DNA from: Eledone cirrhosa
Lineage: Eukaryota
Direction: 5' to 3'
Length of the DNA: 64,000 bases
Assembly (NCBI GenBank): GCA_964016885.1
Contig: OZ024741.1
Location: 198,834,001 to 198,898,000 of the forward strand
Below, in pieces: positions 27,610-39,275 of the stretch. How positions within the stretch are numbered: the stretch's first letter is position 1; every line of letters begins with the position of its first letter. Below the pieces are notes generated by a model that made no database searches, had not been told where the DNA came from, and saw only the letters and a list, made by a program, of their open reading frames with translations. Both the position numbers and the translations under genes were made by a program.

Positions 27610-28534
27610 TATTGTTATACTTGGGGAGGGTCATATTTGTGTAATATTGCCAGAATTAATGACAGAACACACTCACTGTTTGGTTGGTTTTCGCTTCTGT
27701 GTCTTTTATATCGGTAATCTAATTTATTCGGTCCTCAATGTTGCCATTGACTGACCAACGGTAAAAAATAATACAGATACAATATAGACACAAACACATA
27801 TATATAGTTTATCAAAGTTCTTTCGTTGCACATCTGCCAGACAACAACACGACGGTAACATAGACAACATAGAAATTAGAATAATATCTAAACATAGAAA
27901 TGACCCAGCAGATAGGCAAATCAGAGAGGCCAGTGAAATAGAACTTAGAAGGCCAAGGCTAAACAGAAAGAATGAATGGAATAACAACAACACCCAAACA
28001 AACAACACTGACCTAAGAGAAGTATAAATAAATAAATAGATAAATAAATAAATACATACACAAGCTCAATAACAACAAACACATATAAACACACACTAGT
28101 AAAGATAGAATACATTAACCAATACACAGTCACCCAATCACGAACACACATCAAACAAAACACTATACACACACGTAAACGCATGCGCAAAGAAGACAAA
28201 ATAAAATAAACAAATAAATAAATATATAAACAGACTAAATTAAGATGGCGTAGAAACTAGAATGCAACGGGAGGAAACAATAGCACCACTGACGATGTTG
28301 CAGATGTGCAACGAAAGAAGTTTGATAAACTATATATATGTGTTTGTGTCTATATTGTATCTGTATTATTTTTGACCGTTGGTCAGTCAATGGCAACATT
28401 GAGGACCGAATAAATTAGATTACCGATATAAAAGACACAGAAGCGAAAAGCGAAAACCAACCAAACAGTGAGTGTGTTCTGTTATTAATTCTGGCAATAT
28501 TACACAAATATGACCCTCCCCAAGTATGACAATA
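27610..28534. mobile_element. ORF-less fold-back PLE-tail element: ~230-bp inverted arms 27610-27837 / 28300-28534; HHR-like motif at 28286-28324 (+)
   Basis: Arms are reverse complements. CCA / CUGACGA U / GUUGCA-GAUG-UGCAAC / GAAA; stems I and III are weak. Third copy of the terminus at 57146-57346. Confidence 0.8.
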
Positions 28535-28579
28535 TTTGTTTCGACACACGATTTCATATCAAAAACCTCGCAAAACTAA

Positions 28580-28663
<84 letters not shown>

Positions 28664-29057
28664 CGAGGGCAATCCCAAAAGTAAGGTCTCCTTCCGATAT
28701 TGCAACTTTTCCATTAAAATCCTGTGAATGGTGCTTCGGGAAACCTCAGGAACCAAAATGCAGAGAGCATCCAGAGTGATCCGCCGATCTTTACGCCTGT
28801 TTTCCTCGGAAGGAGACCTTACTTTTGGGATTGCCCTCGTATATAATAACTGCGCGAAATTTGCACTTGGCAGTAGTGTTCAACGGGAGCTCCATTCTCA
28901 ACGGCTGCCAAGCCAAGATTGAGCATCCCAGTGAAGCGTGCACATGCTTGTTTGGGAGTGAAGGAAGCACCAATCACAACAGTGTTGCCAACAGCCGTAC
29001 AAACAGTTTCTCTGCGTCCCCATCGCTTTAGAGACGTTACTTTTGGGATTACCCTCG
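28664..29057 (-). mobile_element. Deleted mariner transposon with three TIR copies
   Basis: TA|CGAGGG(C/T)AATCCCAAAAGTAA at 28664 (+), 28839 (-) and 29057 (-). Remnants MELPLNTTAKCKFRAVI and RITLDALCILVPEVSRSTIHRILMEKLQYRK. Confidence 0.85.
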
Positions 29058-29060
29058 TAT

Positions 29061-29318
29061 AAAGAAAAACGATGAAGTTTTGTTTACAAGTATCTAGTTT
29101 TTTTATTGTGTATCGACCTGTTACGAGCATTTCGCATAGGATTGGTTCAGGGTCACCCTAGAAGTTATGGACCCAACTGCTATCGATCTACTCTTCCAGA
29201 TCAATGATGGAGTCGGGTTCATAACTTCTAGGGGTGACCCTGAACCAATCCTCTGTGAAACACATGTAACACAATAAAAAACTAAATGCTTGTAAATGAA
29301 ACTTTATCATTTTTCTTA
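29061..29318. mobile_element. Imperfect fold-back MITE
   Basis: AGGATTGGTTCAGGGTCACCCTAGAAGTTATG / CATAACTTCTAGGGGTGACCCTGAACCAATCCT, with imperfect pairing continuing to both ends. Confidence 0.75.
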
Positions 29319-29986
29319 ATATTTACACCCTGCCTGTGCACCGAGTGCTTATTTTGGTACCACCACCAGTAATTCACTGAATCACATACACTACACACAC
29401 ACACATATATATATAGTGTATATATAGGTGGGGGAAGAGGTATAAGGAAGTATCATATAAAAGGAGGTTTATGAAACAAAATTACATCTTATTGTGTAAG
29501 ATAATAAAGTTGAGACAGCTGCTATATTTCATGTGATGTATCTCTGATGTGTGACCCCTCCCTCCACATATGTAGAATCATTATGTGACAGTCATTGTTT
29601 TTTAAATATAGGGGCATTTGGCTGCTGTAATTAAAATGATAAACAGGTTTTTTCCTTTTTTCCTTTTATTATATTTGTTTTTTCTCTTCCTTTTATTTAA
29701 TTTGTAAGCCAGAATGCAAAAAAGTGTAATATTAATGTTGTTTTATTTTATTTCCTAAAACAATCTGATTGCTTGAGGGATGATTCAGAAATATGCACCT
29801 CACCCATAAAGTAATCAGTTGGACAGATAATTAAGCTAAAGAGCAAAAAAAGCAAAAAACAACAAAAAACAACAACAAAAAACACAAAAACAAAACAGTA
29901 CTAATTTTAATCTTCTTTAAATAAATTCCTTTTGTAGCTCTAATAGCTTGTTTCCTCTATTTTATCTCTGAGCTTTGACCGTTTAA

Positions 29987-30167
29987 CTCTTAACATCCTG
30001 TTAATTCAAGTGTTTATAGTATCTTTACCAGTGGACAGATTGTAGATACTTGCAGTATTAGAATAAATACATTAATTTTAAATGTGATGCAGCCATAGTG
30101 CTGCTTTTTTTTTACTTCTCAAAAATATCTTGCTAATGTGTTTTTATATGGAACATTATATTAAGAG
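29987..30167. mobile_element. piggyBac-like (TTAA) MITE, copy 1
   Basis: TTAA|CTCTTAACATCCTG ... ATATTAAGAG; internal similarity to 35446-35663. Confidence 0.55.
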
Positions 30168-30858
30168 TTTTACTTCTCAAGAATGCCTTGCTAATGTGCT
30201 TTCATATGGTACAGTATATTAAGAATTTCATGATTGTGAAAAATTGCTAAAGATGTAGAGAAAAAACTGAATTGATAATTTTTATGTACTGTATTATATA
30301 ATTTGTTAAAAATTAGTGAAATACTTGTTTGTTTTATAACCGCCCATAAGGAAATGTTCAATTTGTTAAATAGATCATAAGAAGGGGTTGCATTGGAAAT
30401 GTGAAAAACATAGGCCAATACAGCTTGACACCTGTGTCATTGCAAGTAGACTGGAGTAATGTGAAATAAAGTGTCTTGCTCTAGGTCACAGTATGACATC
30501 CAGTCTAGGAATGAAACTCATGACATTACTATCAAGAGGCCAGCACCCCAACTACTAAGCTAAAGAGTTACAAAATGTATAGAGAACATTTTTAGTTCCT
30601 GAAATCAATAGAACGGTGTCAATCCTAGCTAGAAGTAATTTCAGAATCCCTGGAAAGGAAGGGGAATGGTATGTCTAAGTGGGACTTTTTAAGAGGAAGG
30701 CCAAGTGGAAAGTTGTGAGATGTTATGATAAGTTAAAAACCTCCATTGACACAGAAGCTCACTTATTGTTATAAGATAACAAAAGTTATGGTGTGTTTGT
30801 GTGTGGGAATGTGTGTTATTTAAATAGATAGATTAGATAGATTAGAGATAGATAAATG

Positions 30859-30889
<31 letters not shown>

Positions 30890-30912
30890 TAGATAGATTA
30901 GAGATAGATATA

Positions 30913-33600
30913 TTTCTTTATTAGCCACAAGGGCGCACAAAAAAAGGGGACAAAACAAAGACATGCCGGGGATTTTAAATACAATCGTATAAAAATATAA
31001 AACAAACAATTATAACAATCGAAATCCCCAATAGGGGTGAGGCGCCACAAATGGGTTGTTTAATACCCCGTCGATAGAACAACCCTCAACTTCAGGAGCG
31101 TGTTGTGCAAGTGCTCCTTTCTTCCTTTTGCTCTCTTCTTCAACCTACAGGTTTATATACAGAGAAGGCCCAATCACTTGGGCCATTTTTGCCACATTCA
31201 CCCACCTTTCAGTAAATTTACTGGGGTGCAGTGCCTCTCTCTCCACTCTGATTCTCCTTCTAAAGTGGTATCTAAAGAAGGGAATAAGTTGTTGTCCGGA
31301 GAGAAAGGCATCTGTCCTCAGTCCACTATAGAGAGGAAAACCGCCTCTCTTTCGTTTTTGAAAGAAGTTGGCGGCTTGATCCTTACTATGGACTCGGCAG
31401 TCAACTGGATTTGTCCCATATGCGACAGCAGTTGTTCCGCGTAGTTCCACAGGTTGGTTACGCCCGGGCAGTGTACTATTGCGTGCAGGATGGGTTCAAT
31501 GTCCAGCGGGCATCTTGGACACGTCCTCTTGGAAGGATCCCTGCCGAGGCGTCCGTGCCTGTAGATTTTGTCACAAACTGGTAGAACTCCTCGGTAGCAC
31601 TGGAAGTTGTCCATAGGTCCCGGGCGGAAAGTCCTACCAAGCAGACTGGTGAGTACATTGTCTTCGACGCCTAGAGTCTCTCTGAGCACGTCGTTGCCCT
31701 TGTGATGTTCTAACCCTTTATAGAATGTCGAAGTGGAGTCTGTGCCCGCTTGACAAAGGACTGTGAGCACCTGAGTGCATTCAATGTGCCAGGCACCCAT
31801 CTTCTTTGTCTCTCTTCGCAACTCCGTCAGCGAGACAAGTTGCGGGAAGGCCTATCCCACAAACGGTGGACACACCGGTTGGGGGTCGGTGAGGAATACC
31901 TGTAGATGCCGTAGCCTCAGCGCATGCTTGCGCATCATCAGCTACGGCATTCCCAGCTCTCCACTGAAAGGGTGCTGACAGCAGACAGATCTCCTCACCA
32001 GTGGAGCCTGCTTCTTCCAAAGGAACTGGAAGAGCATGCGTTCGATCTTGGTGAGGTGGTCTCGGGGACACGGCACGACGGTCAAGCGGTAGTAGATGAC
32101 GGACGCTATGAAAGTATTCGCCACCTCCATTCGACCTTTCAAGGATAGTTTGCACTCTGCCCACTTCTGGGTGAGCGCAAATACCGTGGCCATGACCTCG
32201 TTCCAGTTTTTCTCCACCTGGAGGTCCGGACTGAACCAGACCCCAACCAATTTCACTGGTCCGTCCATCCAGCATCTGACGACGCTGTCGGACGGCATCG
32301 GTTTGCCTCTCCACGTTCCGAGCAGCAAACCGACAGACTTGTCCTGAGTTCAGTTTTGCTCCTGTGAGCCTTTCATATTCCTGCAGTTGCCGATCACCAC
32401 GATTTCCGAGGTTTCCGACACCATTACTGTTACGTCGTCGGCATAATCTGACGCCGCTTTCCACAGTCCCGGTTCCAACAGGATGCCCTGCAGCAGCTCC
32501 AACTTCCGCAGTAGTGGCTCTAGAGTCTAGAGAGGCTCTAGAGAGGGCATCCTTGTCGGATGGAACGCATGATTGCGAACGGCTCCGATAGGTAGCCGTT
32601 CACCTTGACCATCGAGCAGATGTTGGTGTGCATTGCGGTGATCCAGCCTCTGAAGACGGGTCCGAAACTGGCTGCCTTGAGAACCGCTTCCAAGTATCGA
32701 TGGTCGACCCTATCGAACGCCTTAGACTGATCTAAATTGATCAGAGCCCCACCAAAGCCAGGTTTACACCCCACCCTCTGTATGATGTATAGCATGAGGT
32801 GGAGGTTGTCGTGTATGGATCTGGTCGGGATTGCACATGTTTGCGCTTTCCCTACCAGGTTCTCGACGACAAGCGCCAACCTCGTTGCTAGCACCTTGTC
32901 CAAAATCTTTAATTCTGTGTTGAGCAGAGTTATGGGCCTAAAGTTGCTTAGTTCGTCCCCTTTGTTCTCGTCTTTCCTGATCAGCGTTACTACGCCGCCC
33001 TTGCCTGCAGAACTGGGAATTCTCCCGTTCTGCTGCCAGTTGCAGTAGACGGCCTCAAGGATGCCAGAGAACAAGTCCAGCATGCCTATGTAAAACTCAT
33101 AGGGTAGACCATCTAGACCGGGTGATTTGCATTTCCCGCAGCAGCCCAGAGTGTCCCGTATCTCAGTGGCTGTGATCGGACTTTCGCAGAACTCGGCGTC
33201 CAAGCTCGAGAGACGTGGCAATCCGTCGAGGTATGAACCAAAGTCCATTACCACGTTTGACGCACTGCCACTCTGCTCGAACAATTGCGCAAAGTGCCGC
33301 TGAAAGGCCGCGCACATCCGCTTGGGGTTAAGTAGCACGTGCCTGTTTTGGTCTTTCAAAGACCAAATTGTGGACTTGTTGCCACTTTTCGCCTCTGCCA
33401 CTCGGGGCCCAGCTAACAGCTTTCACTCCCTCATTTCCTAGAGCACGTGATTTACTTCTGACCACGCAGCCTTTGTGTTTCGCGTCGAAGAACTGGTCCA
33501 GTGCCGTTCTCGTTGTGCTAGTACTCTAGCTACATTGCCACTCCTAAGCGCCTCCTCTACCTTGGCTACTAGTTTCGTTTCTGTTTTGTTCCTCTCTAAG
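30913..33600 (-). mobile_element. 5'-truncated Tx1/L1-clade LINE in a (GATA)n array
   Basis: KSPGLDGLPYEFY, NFRPITLLN, LDQSKAFDRVDH, IRQG, YADD (32436-32447), LSLKGR, CPRC..EPILHAIVHC. 3' end TGTGGCTAATAAAGAAA joined to (TATC)n. Confidence 0.92.
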
Positions 33601-33642
33601 ATAGATAGATGGATAGATATGTTTCTTTATTAGCCACAGGGG

Positions 33643-33673
<31 letters not shown>

Positions 33674-35445
33674 TGATTGATTGACATAAACACATACACA
33701 CATGTGTGAGTGTGTTTTTCATGTATGGGAGAAATAGATTAGTAAGTATTATAGAATAGGAGTGCAGTTAACATATGGTTCTTATACAAAATTTTAACTT
33801 AAATTGGAACTCTTTAAAATGGATGGTTTCATAGGATCTGAAGTGGTTTTAGCCAGGATGGTGTTATAATGAAATTGTACAATAACCAATTTGTTGTTTT
33901 CAAAATGATGGCTATTTTCTTATTTCATGCATTGGCATATAAATATTCCTCATTTTCATTGCAAATTACTAGGAACGGTGAGCAGAAATGGGATTCCTTA
34001 GTCACATTAGTGGCAACCTTTAAAGTGGTCAACAGTTTCATCCTTGTGATGAAGATAGATGAGCTGCAACTCAGTAGCCAGCTTTCAAGTAATGGGAATT
34101 GAAAATAAGAGGTGCAGATTTGATTCCCACACATGTTGATGCCCATTTTTTTCCACTATGGGGGTTTATATTCCCTAATATTAGACTATTTTCTGTAGTC
34201 AAATTATGCTGAAAGCTAATTCTATTTTCAAAATTATCAATTGCCACTGTATACTAATTAACATGTGCTTTATATATAGATACATAGTATATATATTTTA
34301 CAAAAGGATATTAAAATATGTAGTTTATCAGCTTATTGCTCTGGAAGCAAATTACACCAGAGATGATGTAACATTCCATTTTTTTAAGAGTGTACAAAAT
34401 ATAATATCTAATTGCAAAGTGAGTTAAGTGGTTTATCAAGTGAACTGAGTTTGTGAGTCAGCTCTAAGTGTTTAGTTTTGGTTTTCATGAATATACTACA
34501 ACTAAGAAGCAATATGTATCACAGTAAGCCCCTTAAGTAATCAACAACTACAATAATGAGAATCTCTATGTGGTATCTCAAACTACTGGAAATAATAGCC
34601 AAATTTCCTTCAAACCCCTACCTTTAAAACAAAGGAAGAACACATTGGAAAAGGTAAATTTTAGATAGAAGGTCCCGAATGGAATGCTTTTGCTTTTAGG
34701 TTAGCAGATAAACAACAAAATCAACAGCAATTTCAAAACCTGGTGTAAATATATATATTCAGAGTATATTATCAATGCACTTCTATATTATTTCTATAAT
34801 TTTTTCTGTCCTGTTTATTATATTCACAGAAAACCATTAATTAAACATAACATTTACAAAACCAAGGGCATGAAACTAAATTCAACAAGATATTTAGTGC
34901 AGTGATCTGCTTTTTTCATTGTCATTATTTAGTTCTATGACAGCCTTAATTGAGCAAACTTATCATCAAAAGCATTCCAACTATGGCTATCCCATCTTTT
35001 TTTGTATATCAATAATTACATTATCCAATGTGTCTTTCCTTTTTTAAAAGGGTTGTGTGATCTGAAGACTGAGTGACCAAGCAGACACTCTCTCCTGTCA
35101 GTTCTTGATATCTTGGTCATCTCCACAGCCACCAGTTGAGTATTTAGAATCAAGAATGATTTTGTAAAAACATGTGTCATCATCAGTGTTCATTGCTTAA
35201 CATCTGCTTTCTTTGCTAGCAAAGGTTGGACAGGGCTACACAGACCGAATCAGTATTGAAGCTGGGTTTACTGGCCTCCTAGACAGGCCAGTGGCTTGCA
35301 CCTTGCTTACGTATGGTCTCACATTCTACCAAGTGTACAGGAAAGGTTAGCATGTTTTTAACAAATGATATAAACTCAGAATAAAATAACATTTAGAAAA
35401 TAAAGGAGTAATAATATCTGTGGAAATGGTGTCTGATTATATTAA

Positions 35446-35663
35446 TTCTTAACATCCTGTGATGATTTAAGAGAAAATCTCTAAAAAATAACAGTTTTGT
35501 TAATTCAAATGTTTATAATATCTTTACTAGTGGTCTGATTGTCATGAAGATCTGTAATATTAGAGTAAAGACTTTATTTTTAATGGGATGCACTCATAGT
35601 GTTGTTTTATACATTTCAACAATGTCTTGCTAATGTGGCTTCATGTGGAACAGGACGTTAAGA
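35446..35663. mobile_element. piggyBac-like (TTAA) MITE, copy 2
   Basis: TTAA|TTCTTAACATCCTG ... CAGGACGTTAAGA|TTAA. Confidence 0.6.
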
Positions 35664-36374
35664 TTAAATTGACTACTTTATTATTCTGAGACACATTTCA
35701 TAGATGGCAAATTTGTTGGGAAACTTTGTGTTCACATTTTCTCAACATCAGTGAAATGTATTGAGCTGAAGTATCAATTGAAACTGGCTTATAGGCTGTT
35801 GCTTCTTGCATATGAGACTGTTACTGTCTCAGGTTATTGTAGTTTGCCTGATCAAGATCAGAGATCAGTGATCAGTTTCCAGCGCCACCATGAGGTGGTC
35901 GACAACAACAAAAAGATGGCTGTTGTTTGATGGCAATTGCTTCTTGTTCCACAGCATCTCTGCATTATACTGTAGTCTTATCAACAACTTACCAGGTTCA
36001 TCAGTAATTTTGTAGTTGCATCAGTAACTGTGTATTATTAGAACAGCAAATTTAAAGTTGCTTCAGAAGCCAAAACATAATTGGATTTTTTTATGAGATA
36101 TATCTATCCTAAGTGTCTTATGCTACTAACCAACACAAAGAAAAGAATTAAAGATGAAAACATCTTAATTCTCACTTAATCCATATGTAGATATATTTCA
36201 TCAACAACAGAACTAATAAATTTAGTGGTAAACTACATTATCCATTGAAATATATGCTCATGTATATCTGTATATGCTAATGAATGTCTGTATATGCTCA
36301 TGTATGTCTATATATATATTTTAATGGAGTGTAGCTGTACATGTAGATACATATATGGATACATATGTATGTAT

Positions 36375-36830
36375 TGTAAGAAGCAAAGGGACCTACCTTA
36401 GCATTGTAGTGGCTAGCACCACCTTTGCCCGGGGAACAAAACTAATTGGAGTTACTTCCCCGTGGCCCGAGTATAAGGGAGTGATCTGGCTCCTCTCTCT
36501 CTTTTGCAGCTTGACCTTGCTAAGGTAAACACCCATTCTTCTTTTGCTCTGAAAGCACGAACAATATGTAATGACAAAACATTACTACGGGCCTGGCCAA
36601 CGCCTCAGCCAGTCAACCGTACCTTCTCTTGCAATCTTAATTGGTTTATTTCATTTCTTTTGGCATGCCAGCTTAATCCACCTCTTAAGCCTTTGTTAAT
36701 AAATTATGTACAAACATGCTAAAGTCTTGGTGATATCTCTATTATACCTTATTGCTAAAGCATCTTCACTTGTGTCTGGACTGAATCTCCCTGCGTGATG
36801 CTCACCTATTTTGCATCTAGCCAGAGAACA
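36375..36830 (+). mobile_element. Possible LTR
   Basis: Starts TGTAAG, TATAAG at ~36471, AATAAA at ~36698, adjacent to a Gypsy remnant; no TSD found. Confidence 0.3.
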
Positions 36831-36869
36831 TAGCAAAGGTCAAACACTAATCCGTACCTGTCATCACAG

Positions 36870-38330
36870 GACGTCCACACTCTGCTGCTCCACGTGGACA
36901 AAAAGAGAGACCCAACCTGCACTTCTGATGTGACATCACGGGTCCTTCATTTCTGGCAAGACATCCCCTGCCCTTCCATCTCCCTATCCCCACATGTTCC
37001 CCTGATCTCATTTCACTCTATGTCAAAGTATGTCATCCACTTGGGTGAGTGGCATTCTCATTGTAATCTCTGCAAAGTTGGAGCGAAGCTTTCATTCTCC
37101 TCTTCTCCGAAATCTGTCAAATCAATGATTCTGTGATCATCCAAGATGTGACACAGCATTCCACCCACAGATGCATTGTTTTGGGAATTTACAGTTGTTA
37201 CTGTTCCCTTTCCCCATTGAGATGTGCAGTGTGCATTTGGTGGCTTGACCCAGACTTCCTCAGCCACACCCACAAATGCATTTGCTCTCTTTCTTTTACA
37301 GGTCATGTTGCCATTCATATTTATATATCACCTTGTATGGCACCAATTCCTCAGCCTGTCCCAACCAAGGTGACATATTGTACCAGTACTTCGCCTCCAT
37401 TGGTGAAATGTGTCCCCTCTTTGCCATGGCATTGATCATGTGATGGTGTTCCTCCATGATCCTGTTTCCACTTGGCCTGTATGCCACTCTGAAGAAGCAG
37501 TTCAGATTCCACCCATTGAGCATCTCCTCCACCACCTCCAAGTGAAACGCCATGCTTTTATCCATCAACAGTTCATCCACAGGGCCTCCGCTACAAGAAT
37601 AACTCTTTCAGCATCCATGCGATTTCTTCTGCAGTCCCCATCTTCATCTCACCATCCATCCGAATCTGCATTCAATCATATATCCCTTGACATGTCCCTT
37701 GTTGTTAGTGCATCACTTCCAGCTGTGCTCCACTGGGATGTTACCTGTCAGGTGCATGCCCAGGGTGAGGTTGATAGACTGACATCTGTCACAACAACCA
37801 ATCACTTTCTGGACAGACTCTGTCTGGTAACATAGGAATCAACTTTCCTGGCTAGGAACTGGGTCCTATCCATGCCGATATGATATATAGTATGTAATCT
37901 CCTCAACTCCGAACACTCAGCTGACACACTGCAGCTCTCCTCTTTTCTGCATCCTCTGGCATTTTCAGCAAGGCTTTCTTCACCCTGGTTAGGTTGTCTA
38001 TCTTATTTTTTTTCAAGGGCACAAAGACCACACTCAACTTCAGGCTGAACTCAGTAGCTAGCTCTCCCAGCATCTCTGCTGCCCTTTTCATTTGCACCCT
38101 CCACTCACTGGTAAGCATTGATCTCATACATCCAAGTACGGTGGCTGAATATGTATGAATCTCTATAATGGGTAGCCCCCATCTCAGGGCAAGATTCACA
38201 CACTCCAATTCAGCCACATTGATGTGGTTGCAGTCCGTCTTCTTCCTGAGCCAGGTTACATCCTTAATCTTGACACTGCCTATTTCCAGAATGACCATGG
38301 CATCACACCATACTGTCCCATTCTCCAATT
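36870..38330 (-). pseudogene. Degraded Gypsy-type pol (RNase H, integrase)
   Basis: HINVAELE..IHTYSATV..VFVPLKKNKIDNLTR (RNase H); AYRPSGNRIMEEHH..YN (integrase). Confidence 0.7.
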
Positions 38331-39135
38331 TGAAGAGTGTATTGGTGAGACATGTGATGCATACAAAGAATGACAGCTGTATAAAAAAGTGCAGAGCACT
38401 GAAAGTTAATGGAAGCTATGCAGTAGGAAGACTTGGGATGAGGTGATAAAAGCTGACCTTGCACAATTGCATCTCTTAAACGGTGATGACACAGGACCGA
38501 TATCTCTGGCATTTTGTAGTAATACAGAAGATCTGCCTTCCCCGTGCACGGGTTGAAACATACATCTAGTATGCACCTTCACCTCCCATGTCCTAACACC
38601 CTAGCTACGCTCTAACACCCCACCACTCACCTATGTCCCTAGATCTATCTCCCCAATCCCCACCTAAGTCCCCACCCCACACTGTAAAGTAGTCGTGATG
38701 GTGTCACAACAAAAGGTGCCCAGCACACACTGTAAAATGGTTATGTAGGTGTCACAACAAAAAGCACCCAGCCCACACTGTAAATATGGTCAACATTAGG
38801 AAGGGCATCCAGCCGTAGAAACCAGGCCAGAACCAGTTCTGTATGAGCAGGACATGATCACCTGACCTGACTTGTCTCACAATGGGACAACTCATCTAAC
38901 CTATGTTAGAGTGGAAAAATAGACGTTAAATGGTGATGATGATGATAATTGTTTCTACTTTTGGCACAAGGCCAGCAATTACTCAGTGTATTACTGGTAC
39001 TTTATTTTATCGACCCCGTAAGGATGAAAGGCAAAGTTAACCTTGGCGGGATTTGAACTCAGAATGGCAAGGGCCGTAACTCTATGCATCAAAGTATGGC
39101 GTCCGACCCTCTACCGATACTGCCAATCAACTGTC
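38331..39135. mobile_element. RTE 3' fragment (+, 38331-38945) tail-to-tail with SINE A (-, 38945-39135)
   Basis: HVMHTKNDSCIKKCR..; GACGTTAAATGGTGATGATGATG followed directly by ATAATTGTTTCTACTTTTGGCACAAGG. Confidence 0.8.
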
Positions 39136-39214
39136 CTAATGATGATGATAATGATGCTAAACATACTTTGTAACAACAACTGAACACACACACATACACA
39201 TATATATATAAGTG

Positions 39215-39252
<38 letters not shown>

Positions 39253-39275
39253 CACACTTATATATATATATATAC

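Noticed and set aside
35985-36040. Possible 35-nt minus-strand exon (CTAAT..CAG / GTAAGT)
   Set aside because: Weak pyrimidine tract and no recognisable protein; needs RNA-seq.
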